DNA from: Nitrospirota bacterium
GTDB lineage: Bacteria > Nitrospirota > UBA9217
NCBI GenBank assembly: GCA_963818475.1
Contig: CAWFSF010000005.1
Span: 544,001 to 608,000 of the forward strand
Length of the DNA: 64,000 nucleotides
Direction of reading: 5' to 3'
Below are positions 20,777-29,947 of this stretch, piece by piece; the first letter of the stretch is position 1, and every line of letters begins with the position of its first letter. The position numbers and the translations under genes are program-made. The notes beneath the pieces were generated by a model, which saw only the letters and a list, made by a program, of their open reading frames with translations, had not been told where the DNA came from and did not search any database.

Positions 20777-22036
20777 CTACAACTCCCAGGGATAACCAAT
20801 AAATATGCTCGGCGACACGCCTTCCCTGCCTGTCGCCACGTCGGCCCGAAACACGACGCCCGAGGCCGTGACCATGCGCAGGCCTATGCCGGTTGTCGAG
20901 CGCCAGATGTCGCCCACCTCGCTCCGCAGGTCAGCAGTGCTCCCGAGCTCGTAGTAGAACGCAATCTGCCAGGCAGTTCTGATGTCTTTCATGATGAAAA
21001 TATCGTAGGGCGTTGACTCGTCGGTCAGGTTCCACCGGATCTCCGTGCCGTAGAAGCGCGTGTGAGCGCCGGAGTAGCGGCCATTGGAATAGGACCTGAG
21101 ACGGCTGAACCCACCGAGCGAACTGGCCGTGCCGTAGGTGTTGTTTGCGACCGTGTTTTTGACGACGTCATGGCAGCGCTGCCGCTCCGTAAGGTCGGCA
21201 ATGGTATCGCAGGCAAGCCCCAGATCCGTTTCTACGTCAACAGGATTGATCTCCCCCTGTCGCCTGACATGGGCATCGGAGTGAAAATAGTTTAACGCCC
21301 AGGTACTGCGCCTGCCGAGTGGAACATAGCCGGTGAAGCTCATATCCTGAACATAAAAATCAGGCCCGGAGTCCCTGGGTGGGGTCAGTGACCGGCTGAT
21401 GTCGAGCCGCACACCGCGCCGAGGGTCCGCGTAATCGTCGGTGAGGTCGACACGGGTGCCCAGAATCGTAACATGCCCCCGGTCCACCTGCGAGCTCTGG
21501 GTCTCAATAATAATGTTGCCGTCCCTGTTACGGATACTTTTTACCTGCGACCTTCCCTGGTAATAGGCGCCGTAGAGCTCAAACCTGCGTTCGAGAAACG
21601 TTGCAGTCATGCGCGAACCATAGTAGGTCATGTCGCCCAGTTCGATATTCGAATAATCGTTTTTGTCCGTGTTCATTCCCCGCTGGCTGTAGCTCTGGAT
21701 CGTCGCCGAACTGATGCTGCTGAAACCGGTGTCGAGGAGCAGGGTATCCGGAATGACATGCACCTCTGCAACGCCCAGGGCCAGACCAACGATATCTCCG
21801 CCAAAGGCCATGCCATAGGCATCGGCGTGCGTGCCTGCAAAGTTTCTGGCGCCCCCGACAAGGCCCAGCCCTGTCCCGATGCCGGGCAAGCTGTAGGGAT
21901 AGGGAAAGAGCGCGTAGCCGAAATCGGTTGCGAATTGATCTTTACGGCGATCAGGGAAGATGGATGCTTCGGCCATACTGCCGAGGACGAGCGCAAGGAC
22001 CACAAAAAACAAAAATCTCCGTACCTTTTTTTCCAT
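20777..22036 (-). CDS. Outer-membrane beta-barrel protein (Omp85-like barrel, no obvious POTRA)
   Basis: Signal peptide; LGGFSRLRSY; GIGLR...FRADVATG; aromatic C-terminus. Confidence 0.6.
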   Translation of the reverse strand: MEKKVRRFLFFVVLALVLGSMAEASIFPDRRKDQFATDFGYALFPYPYSLPGIGTGLGLVGGARNFAGTHADAYGMAFGGDIVGLALGVAEVHVIPDTLLLDTGFSSISSATIQSYSQRGMNTDKNDYSNIELGDMTYYGSRMTATFLERRFELYGAYYQGRSQVKSIRNRDGNIIIETQSSQVDRGHVTILGTRVDLTDDYADPRRGVRLDISRSLTPPRDSGPDFYVQDMSFTGYVPLGRRSTWALNYFHSDAHVRRQGEINPVDVETDLGLACDTIADLTERQRCHDVVKNTVANNTYGTASSLGGFSRLRSYSNGRYSGAHTRFYGTEIRWNLTDESTPYDIFIMKDIRTAWQIAFYYELGSTADLRSEVGDIWRSTTGIGLRMVTASGVVFRADVATGREGVSPSIFIGYPWEL

Positions 22037-22076
22037 CCCCCCACCTTCTTCGGATATACCGGGCTTTATTCTATCA

Positions 22077-22197
22077 ACCACAAAATGCACAAAAATCACA
22101 TAAAAAACAAGCGTACGCTTTTTTGAAATACCGCACCGGCGTGATGAAAGCTAAAATCGCGATTTATCTGTGTGACTTTTGTGCTTTCTGTGGCTAA
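22077..22197. repeat. 9-mer palindromic intergenic element
   Basis: aaccacaaaatgcacaaaaatcaca ... tgtgacttttgtgctttctgtggct. Confidence 0.65.
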
Positions 22198-22208
22198 CCG
22201 CTGTAGGT

Positions 22209-22502
22209 TTATCCGCAGCAGCTGTTCCCCGTCCCGCTGCAATCACAGGACGGCGCGCCGCCGTAGATAAGGCTGTTGATGATGGCAGCGGCGCACCCCA
22301 CGCCCGTACTCACCGTGATTGCGCCGAATTCGCAGTTTTTTGCGCAGGCGCCGCACTCCATGCAGCGGTCGCGGTCGGTGATGCTGGCGCGCTTGTCCTG
22401 CATGGCGAACACTGCGTGCGGACAGACCTCGACGCACCTGCCGCAGCCCGTGCATTTGTCGGAGAAAAACTGCAATGTCGATACGTTCGCGAGATATTTC
22501 AT
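22209..22502 (-). CDS. hgcB: Mercury methylation ferredoxin HgcB
   Basis: Two CxxCxxCxxxC motifs including the CMECGAC signature, GVGCA, C-terminal CC; directly after hgcA. Confidence 0.95.
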   Translation of the reverse strand: MKYLANVSTLQFFSDKCTGCGRCVEVCPHAVFAMQDKRASITDRDRCMECGACAKNCEFGAITVSTGVGCAAAIINSLIYGGAPSCDCSGTGNSCCG

Positions 22503-22514
22503 AGGACCTCCCAC

Positions 22515-23580
22515 TCACGGAGTTTGAACAAGCACCACCAGCAGCAGCGAAACCACCGTGATTATTATATACAGCGGAATGCCGATCTTCAACTCTTTAT
22601 TCACGCCGGACATGCCGGTGTAGGTGGTCGAGCCGGTGAACTGGAGCGCAATGTATGAGCTCAGGGCCGGAAAAAACAGGTAGATTGCTGCGAGCAGAAA
22701 GCGCGCTTTGTCCGGGAACGCCGGCCATTGCCTGCATGGTCAGAAACGTTATGAGCATGCCCATGATCCAGCCCTTGATCGCAAAGGAGCGGAAGGGAAC
22801 GAAGGGCAGCAGGACCGGCGTCACGAAGGCGCCGGCAAACACCGCTGAAAGACCGAGCGCGAGGAACGGCATGCCTCCCTGCCAGGCCTGCTTGAACAGA
22901 ATTCCCGTTGGCGCAAGCCCGAAGAGCAGAAGCACGACTCCGGCGAACCAGGGATATTTCTTCATGATCGGATTGATCTCCATGGGCGTAAGCACCAGCC
23001 GGTCGAGCAAAGAAAACCTGATCTCGCTCATTTCCTTCGTCTTTTTGTACCCTGCTGCAACATATGCCGGGATGTCCCGCGCTTCCACCGGGCCGAAGGA
23101 GACCCGGAACCCTGTTTCCTTCTGGACTTTGGCTGCAGAGACGCCCACGGCCCCGAGCTGCGGCAGAATGATGCGGCGGTGGCCGACCACGTCGCTGAGG
23201 CGGACAAGGCTGATCTGCCTGACCAGCTCGTCGGTCCCGAAGGTGCCCTTCCCTGCCGCGCACCAGACATTGATGCTCTTCGTGTCGAGCACCAGGACCC
23301 AGGCATGCATTCCCTTGAGCGATTTCCGGACGATGTCGAAGCTCAGCTTGTAGTTCGCGGTCACAAAGACGTCGGAATCCTTTGTAGCTTCGCCCACGGC
23401 ATAGAGCCCGGGCGGTACCGTGTAATGCATGCGATAGGCGCCGATACGGCTTTTGATCATGCCGAGCACATCGGCCTGCGACCAGTCGGACGAGACCCGC
23501 GAGACCGCACCTCCAGGAGTTTTAACACTGCCCGACACCCAGTGCGGGATCTCTTTTTTTATGAATGGAATGATCTCCAT
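22515..23580 (-). CDS. hgcA: Mercury methylation corrinoid protein HgcA (indel near 22690)
   Basis: VTANYKLSFD, cap helix INVWCAAGKGTF, PQLGA, TM domain; alternate frame gives QFTGSTTYTGMSGVNKEL and a last TM. Confidence 0.95.
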
Positions 23581-23594
23581 AAGGTCCTCCGATG

Positions 23595-23873
23595 CTACAG
23601 GATGTCCTTCATTACGGGCCCCAGCACCCCTTTGACCATCACTTCAAGGTTCTCCGCCTTGATCAGGGCGATGCAGCAGATCTCGCCGTCCTTTTCCCAG
23701 CTCGTAACAGCGAACTTGTCGCCCGCCTTGATGCCCGCCCGGGCACGCAACTCCTTCGGCAGCACCATCTGCCCCCGTTCGTCGACCGTAATGATCGCCT
23801 CGACAGCGCAGCACCCGGCGCGCTTGTTCAGCGCGGTCTTTCCTGATCCTTTATCCTTCGCCGCCAGCACCAT
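23595..23873 (-). CDS. hgcC: AbrB-fold HgcAB-associated protein
   Basis: VDERGQMVLPKELRARAGI AbrB motif, two CC pairs, SD AAGGAGG, ends 14 nt before hgcA. Confidence 0.75.
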   Translation of the reverse strand: MVLAAKDKGSGKTALNKRAGCCAVEAIITVDERGQMVLPKELRARAGIKAGDKFAVTSWEKDGEICCIALIKAENLEVMVKGVLGPVMKDIL

Positions 23874-23920
23874 ACCCGCCTCCTTCTGCACGTCCATATC
23901 AGCACAATCTGATAAGTAAG

Positions 23921-23949
23921 AATATACTGATTTGTCCGTATTTTGTCAA
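23921..23949 (-). promoter_or_regulatory. Sigma-70 promoter of hgcCAB
   Basis: TTGACA-17-TATATT. Confidence 0.7.
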
Positions 23950-23992
23950 GGGCAAATTCTTGATTCGCCGGGAGATGCTTTATCCTTAAAAC

Positions 23993-24130
23993 ATTTGGAC
24001 ACGGATTAACACGGATAAGAGCCGGATAACGGCGGATTATTTCTTTTATAAGATGTTCACCCAATAGGTGAATGCTTTAGAATTTATCCGCGTTAATCAG
24101 ATGTTTCCGATTCTTCCGTGTCCAAATGCC
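23993..24130. repeat. About 140 bp palindromic element with central ttcacccaataggtgaa hairpin
   Basis: ggacacggattaacacggataagagccggataacggcggat ... atccgcgttaatcag...ccgtgtcc. Confidence 0.8.
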
Positions 24131-24428
24131 GTTTTTAGGTTTATCCGGCAGCGGTCGTCGCAAGCTCTCTGGGGCCAGAAGAAGGAAAGCCGATTCGGTT
24201 TTCTCTTTTATAATGCCCGACTCGTAGCGCAACTTCAGAATGAGTATAGTTTTGTGAAGGCAGCGGAAAACGAAAATCAAGGTATGGGACAGACGGGAGA
24301 GCGGCATCCGCCGGGATGTGGCGACCAAAAATCCGACGAAGCGGCGGCAAGAGTGTTTTCAGGGAGCCAATCGTGCCGGTAATGAGGGTGGATTGTCAAC
24401 CCCGAACATTGTTAAAACAGCAGTGTCC

Positions 24429-25637
24429 TTACCGGTCCCTATGGATAGCATCATAGGGCTCTCGTTGGATGCTCTTTACCGCCGGATAGAGGACTGCCGC
24501 AGCGCCCGAGAGCAGCATGAGCAGAAAGCAGGCGAGGCCGATCGTCCCGATCATCGCGTACGATGGCCACAGGAACTGGATATTGCCCAGATAGACGATG
24601 ATCTGCTGCTTGAACTTGACAATGAAGATCCATGCCAGGCCGATGCCCGCGGCCCCGCCGGTTCCCGTTAGCAGTACCGCCTCGGTAACGAGCAGCCGGA
24701 GCACGTGCATCCTGGTGGCGCCCATTGCCCGCAGAATGCCGAGTTCCCGTTCCCGCTCGTTCACGGTCATGGCGAACACCAGCCCCATCATGATCAGCAG
24801 CATAAACCAGAAGATCACGCCCACGGCAAAAACGCCCCAAAGCGCAGACGAGACGTCCTTGCGCACAGCAATAATGAAGTCCTTGGTGACGATCGCTTTA
24901 AGATCAGGCAAGGCTGCCTCTATCGACCGGCCCACCGCATGGATGTCGTAAGCCGGAGCAACGCGCACCAGGACCGACGATATCTGCCTACTGTTAACAT
25001 TGAGAGGAACCCGCAATATCGTCTTCGAGTGCTCGATCATATCGCCGGCCGCGTCGATAGTCATGAAGACGGAACGATCCAGCAAGCCAAGGCCTGTGGG
25101 ATGTAGTACCGCACCGATCCGGAATTGCTTGCCATAATACATCATTTCCTTGCTAGTTACATAGGCGAGGCTCGAGCCGATCGTCACGGGATCGTCGTTT
25201 TCATTTCCTTTGCGCGGACTAATGGCAGACCGAATCCAGGGCGATATGGTAAAATCCGTATCAGGGTCGTATCCCACGAGGAGCGTCAGGGGAGTGCCGC
25301 AGCAAGCAAGCCTCGCTGAAGTCATAAAGAGTTGAGGTGACGCCTTGGCGACCCCTTGCACAGCAGCGACGGCAGCGAGATTCTTTCGGTCCATGTAAAA
25401 ACTTGTCGGTTCCCCGGCAAGCAGGATTTTCCGGCTTGCAGCCACATGCGCGGCGGGTACGACCATAATGTCAGCGCCAAGCCGCTCCATGCCGAGCTCA
25501 ACACTCCCCTCAACCGCTTTCAGGACCGTTGTGGCGCTGAAGAAGAATCCACTGGCGAGGGCGGCTGCAAAAATGATGGCTATGCTTCTGACGCGCTTAC
25601 GGAGAAGATTTTTCAAGGCTAATTTACATAGTGTCAT
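24429..25637 (-). CDS. FtsX/MacB-type ABC permease (no adjacent ATPase)
   Basis: LKNLLRKRVRS, RLGADIMVVP, VNERERELGILRAMGA, 4 TM; periplasmic ACC motif. Confidence 0.85.
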   Translation of the reverse strand: MTLCKLALKNLLRKRVRSIAIIFAAALASGFFFSATTVLKAVEGSVELGMERLGADIMVVPAAHVAASRKILLAGEPTSFYMDRKNLAAVAAVQGVAKASPQLFMTSARLACCGTPLTLLVGYDPDTDFTISPWIRSAISPRKGNENDDPVTIGSSLAYVTSKEMMYYGKQFRIGAVLHPTGLGLLDRSVFMTIDAAGDMIEHSKTILRVPLNVNSRQISSVLVRVAPAYDIHAVGRSIEAALPDLKAIVTKDFIIAVRKDVSSALWGVFAVGVIFWFMLLIMMGLVFAMTVNERERELGILRAMGATRMHVLRLLVTEAVLLTGTGGAAGIGLAWIFIVKFKQQIIVYLGNIQFLWPSYAMIGTIGLACFLLMLLSGAAAVLYPAVKSIQREPYDAIHRDR

Positions 25638-25763
25638 ATAAATACACGTCCATAAAAAAAGAATAAGTTCGTCTTCGCAAACCATTTAGAAAGACGTAAC
25701 GTTTGCGGAGCGATCAGGTTGCTAGTATACCTGTTTTACCGGCTCTCGAGTCAAATTTTCACT

Positions 25764-25796
25764 AAAAAAAGGGGAGCGGCATGACCCGCTCCCCCG
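25764..25796 (-). terminator. Intrinsic terminator after the large lipoprotein gene
   Basis: ggggagcgg-catga-cccgctcccc with an A7 tract (U tract on the minus strand). Confidence 0.75.
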
Positions 25797-25820
25797 ATGA
25801 TATATTATTACACCCTGTTC

Positions 25821-28076
25821 TTACAGCTTCGCGTCAGTAACGATGTCCGATTTCTTTATTGCATCGATGTACGCGGGATAGCTCATGGTCATCGGAACAA
25901 AGTAATCGGCTGTCTGGCCCGACGCGCAGTAAACGATTTGCGCCTGCGCAGCTGCTGTAGTTGCGATCGTCGCATCATGGACCACAGTAGCATTAAACGT
26001 TGCAGTCGACACGTCGACATACCCGAGGTGGGTACGGCCGTTTAGTGCACCGCCTGACCCATCAGCCACAATCGCCGAATAGTATACCCTCTTCGCTTTG
26101 GCATCATAGCGCACATCATGGAAATTGTGCGTTTTGTTAAGTGCGCCTATTTCTGAGGAGAGCTGGACCTTGTCTTTCGCCGTCACAACGATTTTGTTAT
26201 CCGCGGTAGTGCCGGCCGGATTGATCGTCACTGCAACCCTGACAATATGTCCTCCGCCCGTTGACGCCATGTAGATGGTACCACTATAGGTGCCGTCATG
26301 GTTGTCCTTAATCGGGCCGTCAATACCGCAGGTCACATGGGCCACGGTGTCATTGTGGCATCCGCCGCAGGTGTTCACGGGATTGCCGACTGCGCCGTAT
26401 TGTCCGGTCTGAATGTTATAGAGCTGGAGACCGCTGGTGTTTTGTGTTTCAGTTCCGTTTTTGTACCGCAGCGCAAGGAGGGCGTACTTGCCGTCCGGCG
26501 TGGGCATAACATCGTGGTTCTCGCCGCCGATCGCGGTGTCGTTGCTCAATTCCGACAGGTCCGTAGCGTCGAGCACAACCAGACGGTCCGCGCCAGCTTG
26601 AAGAATCTTGCTGCCGTCGGGCGTAAAGGTCGAACGGAAGGCGACTGCTGCCGAGGTCGTCGGCGATGTAGTCATCACACTTGAGGTGTTTACCGTGCCT
26701 GCAAGAATATCGCTCATTTTAAGCAAATAACCCGTGAAGTTGCCTGTCATATTATCGCCGACGCCGCCGCCACCCGCTGTGGTCTCGTTCACCGCAACGT
26801 AGAGCTGTTTCGGCGTACTGGTCAGGGCCGCTCCGGTCTTCACCGTGTTTTTCCTGATAACATCGATGTACGCGGGATAGCTCATGGTCATCGGAATATA
26901 GTAATCAGCTGTCTGGGCCGACGCGCAGTAAACGATCTGCGCCTGCGCAGCTGCCGTGGTTTCGATCGTTGCATCATGGACTGCATTGGAGGCTCCAATG
27001 TCGACATACCCGAGGTGGGTCTGGCCATTAACTGCTCCGCCGGCAGAATCGGCAACGATCGCCGAATAGTAAACTCTATTCGTAGCAGCATCATAACGCA
27101 CATCATGGAAATTATGTGTTTTGTTGGTTGCGCCGAATGTTGAAGTGAGATTGATCTTGGTTATCGCCCCCACAGCGATTTCGTTACCAGTGTTTGTCGG
27201 GTCAATTGTCACGGGGACCCTGACAATGTGTCCTCCGCTCGTTGACGCCATGTAGATCGTACCGGTATAGGGACCGGTACCGGTCAAGGGTCCGTCAATA
27301 CCGCAGGTCACATGGCCCACGGTGGCGCTATTATGGCAATCGCCGCAGGTGTTCACGGGATTGCCGACTGCGCCGTACTGTCCGGTCTGAATGTTATAGA
27401 GCTGGAGACCGCTGGTGTTAAATGCTTCTGCTCCGTTTTTGTACCGCAGCGCAAGGAGGGCGTACTTGCCGTCCGGCGTGGGCATAACATCGTGGTTCTC
27501 GCCGCCGATGTTGGTGTCGGTGCTCAATGTCGCAAGGGTAGAACCATCGAGCACAACCAGACGGTCCGCGCCTGCCTGGAGGATCTTGCTGCCGTCCGGC
27601 GTAAAGGTCGAACGGAAGGCGACCGCTGCCGGGGTTGCCGGCGATGTTGCGATCACACTTGATGTGCTTACCGTGCCGGCGAGGACATCGCTCATATCGA
27701 GCAAATAGCCCGTGAAGTTGCCTGTCATATTATCGCCGACGCCACCGCCGCCCGCTGTTGTTTCGTTCACTGCAACGTAGAGTTTTGATTTGTCAGGGCT
27801 GTTGACGCCGTGAGCGTAAATATAGTCGGGGCTGGTTCTGAAGTCTGAGATCATGATCCTTTTGTAATCCGCCGGGCTGTTCACGCCGTGGGCGTAGATA
27901 TAGTCTGGGTTGGTTCTGAAATCCGAGATCATGGTCCTTTTGAATAAAGTTGCTGCGCCGGGTCCCGGATCTGAACCGCCACCGCCACCACCGCCACAGT
28001 TTACGAGCACGGCGAGAGCCAGCATGAGGGACAGGCAAACAAGCACTGTCTTCTTCACAAAACTGTTGAGCTTCAT
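25821..28076 (-). CDS. Internally duplicated lipoprotein with two CxxCH motifs (probable double beta-propeller c-type cytochrome)
   Basis: LVNC-G7 lipobox; two near-identical halves of about 320 aa with TPDGS/TPDGK blade motifs; CGDCH and CGGCH. Confidence 0.7.
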   Translation of the reverse strand: MKLNSFVKKTVLVCLSLMLALAVLVNCGGGGGGGSDPGPGAATLFKRTMISDFRTNPDYIYAHGVNSPADYKRIMISDFRTSPDYIYAHGVNSPDKSKLYVAVNETTAGGGGVGDNMTGNFTGYLLDMSDVLAGTVSTSSVIATSPATPAAVAFRSTFTPDGSKILQAGADRLVVLDGSTLATLSTDTNIGGENHDVMPTPDGKYALLALRYKNGAEAFNTSGLQLYNIQTGQYGAVGNPVNTCGDCHNSATVGHVTCGIDGPLTGTGPYTGTIYMASTSGGHIVRVPVTIDPTNTGNEIAVGAITKINLTSTFGATNKTHNFHDVRYDAATNRVYYSAIVADSAGGAVNGQTHLGYVDIGASNAVHDATIETTAAAQAQIVYCASAQTADYYIPMTMSYPAYIDVIRKNTVKTGAALTSTPKQLYVAVNETTAGGGGVGDNMTGNFTGYLLKMSDILAGTVNTSSVMTTSPTTSAAVAFRSTFTPDGSKILQAGADRLVVLDATDLSELSNDTAIGGENHDVMPTPDGKYALLALRYKNGTETQNTSGLQLYNIQTGQYGAVGNPVNTCGGCHNDTVAHVTCGIDGPIKDNHDGTYSGTIYMASTGGGHIVRVAVTINPAGTTADNKIVVTAKDKVQLSSEIGALNKTHNFHDVRYDAKAKRVYYSAIVADGSGGALNGRTHLGYVDVSTATFNATVVHDATIATTAAAQAQIVYCASGQTADYFVPMTMSYPAYIDAIKKSDIVTDAKL

Positions 28077-28293
28077 GTTCTTTTTCCTCCCCTTTTTTAG
28101 TTATTGTTTCGACACAATCAAAAAATCCATTTCGCAATCTACGGCAATGGCGGCCTTTACACCTCCTTAAATCGATTTTAAACAGGGTGTCACGATCTTT
28201 TTTTGTGATCGCATAGTGTCCCTGTGCGATAAGTGAGAGGGATACCTCATGCGGATAACGACATTTTTCCGCCACGCTTTCAATCATTTTCGA

Positions 28294-28740
28294 TCAGCAA
28301 CCGCTGGGAACGAATTTGTACACAATGCTGTCGCTGGCAGCGGCCGACACACTGTCGTCCGCATACTTATACCAGACATACACCGTTTTGGTCGCATAAC
28401 CTGCACTCAGGGTAAAAGGGATGCCGGTTGCATGATACGAGGCAACAGGCGTGACGGCAACCCATCCCGCGTCGGCAGCAAGCGGAGCCGTACTGATTTC
28501 TGAAACAAAATAGGCTTTAATGTTGCCGGCAGCAGTCGCCGTTGCATTCAGCGTCAGCGTCACCGCTGTGACGCCTGTGACGGCTGCCCCGTCGTTGATA
28601 CTGATAGGATCGGCAAAATTCGCCGGTGCCGAATCAACGGTGTAGGACTCGCTGCCGCAGCCTTGGATCACCATCAATGTCGTTACGGAGATAATGGTTA
28701 GCGCGAGCGCCAGGAATTTCATGCTTCTGACCTTGTTCAT
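28294..28740 (-). CDS. Lipoprotein with Ig-like domain
   Basis: IQG-C lipobox; SINDGA..T...VTLTL...KTVYVWYK pattern; SD AAGGAG. Confidence 0.7.
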   Translation of the reverse strand: MNKVRSMKFLALALTIISVTTLMVIQGCGSESYTVDSAPANFADPISINDGAAVTGVTAVTLTLNATATAAGNIKAYFVSEISTAPLAADAGWVAVTPVASYHATGIPFTLSAGYATKTVYVWYKYADDSVSAAASDSIVYKFVPSGC

Positions 28741-28771
28741 AAGAGTTAGTCTCCTTATCTTGAGTATGCTG

Positions 28772-29947
28772 TTAGAACCGTGCCTGTATCTGCAGGATCG
28801 CTGTTTTGAAATCCTTACTTATCGCTTCCTTGCTGAAGTCATTTATCGAGTATTCCAGCGTCACTCTCAAGTCCTGCCCCTTTATGTAATAATTGGCGCC
28901 GACGGCCTCCCAGATGATGTTCTGGTCCTGAATACCCTGCAATTCGGCAAATGACCAGTCCTCATAACGCCCGAACAACTGGACTTTCCCGACCATATAA
29001 CCGACTTTCCAATAGGTCCCGTTCTTTTCGCCGTCAATTCCCTGGGCGTCCGCCACCCCGCGCAGTCCCGCTTCGTTGAAATCGGCCTTCAAGTATGCCC
29101 CCGAGACGGTGAACGTCCCCATGTCGGTCGGCTGTTCGAAGAAAAGATCGTAAGAAAAGGCAGTGTAGTCTTCTGCGCCGGTGGTGTTTGACGAATAGAC
29201 CGCGTCGGCCTCGGTCTCGTAGGATGCGCCGAGGGTGAATACTTTTTTCTTTCCGAGATAGGAGCCTTTATATCCGAATCCTGACTCGGGATCGAAAAAC
29301 GAGTAGTGAATGCGGCCCGCATATCGATAGCCCGCGTCGTCCGGTTTGTTCTCGCCGAAATTGTTCCCTTCCATGGCGGCCAGGCGGTACTGAATCTTGT
29401 CGCTTGCGAGATTGCCCCAAACAACAATGCCTTTGTCACGGGTCCTTTTATCCTCGAAGGGTCCGTTAATGAAAATGGACCTGTCCGCGGAGAGGGGGTC
29501 GAAGCAGCCCTCCTGCACCTCGCGGGTGATGATGTGTTTCGTTTTTCCTGCCCGGATCTGGAAGGCATTGGAGACGGTCACTGCTATGTAGCCATCCAGA
29601 AATTTCAGATCGTAATCGCTTGGTTCATTTGACACGGAAAGATCGCCTATCCGCTGTCCGCCGTTGTATTCATACTGCAGAGCGAATGCGAAGGTCTCGT
29701 TCGCCGCCCCCAGGAGACTCAGGCGGTTTCTTCTTAAATAGACGTCCGTGGTGCTGTCTTCGCCTGCCGGGCCTGAGCCTATATCACGCCAGGCGCCGCG
29801 AAGCTGGACTTGATAATCGATATTCAGGAACCCGCCATCGCCGAACTCGGCAACGGTTAATGCCTGTGCTCGCTGGCTTCCCAAACCAAGACAGAGCAGA
29901 CCTGCAATGAAAAAAACTCGAACCCTCGTACTTATGCAATGCATCAT
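28772..29947 (-). CDS. ExtI-like (OprO/P family) porin
   Basis: Signal peptide; RDIGSG...YLRRNRLSLLG; RDKGIVVWGN; YKGSYLGKKKV; C-terminal QARF; resemblance to Geobacter ExtI is from recall. Confidence 0.7.
   Translation of the reverse strand: MMHCISTRVRVFFIAGLLCLGLGSQRAQALTVAEFGDGGFLNIDYQVQLRGAWRDIGSGPAGEDSTTDVYLRRNRLSLLGAANETFAFALQYEYNGGQRIGDLSVSNEPSDYDLKFLDGYIAVTVSNAFQIRAGKTKHIITREVQEGCFDPLSADRSIFINGPFEDKRTRDKGIVVWGNLASDKIQYRLAAMEGNNFGENKPDDAGYRYAGRIHYSFFDPESGFGYKGSYLGKKKVFTLGASYETEADAVYSSNTTGAEDYTAFSYDLFFEQPTDMGTFTVSGAYLKADFNEAGLRGVADAQGIDGEKNGTYWKVGYMVGKVQLFGRYEDWSFAELQGIQDQNIIWEAVGANYYIKGQDLRVTLEYSINDFSKEAISKDFKTAILQIQARF

Noticed and set aside
27796-27941. 78-nt tandem repeat as a mini-CRISPR
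   Set aside because: In-frame coding repeat with synonymous differences, no unique spacers, no cas genes
22209-29947. Selenocysteine recoding in hgc or ext-like genes
   Set aside because: No in-frame TGA at conserved Cys positions was seen; the motifs use Cys codons
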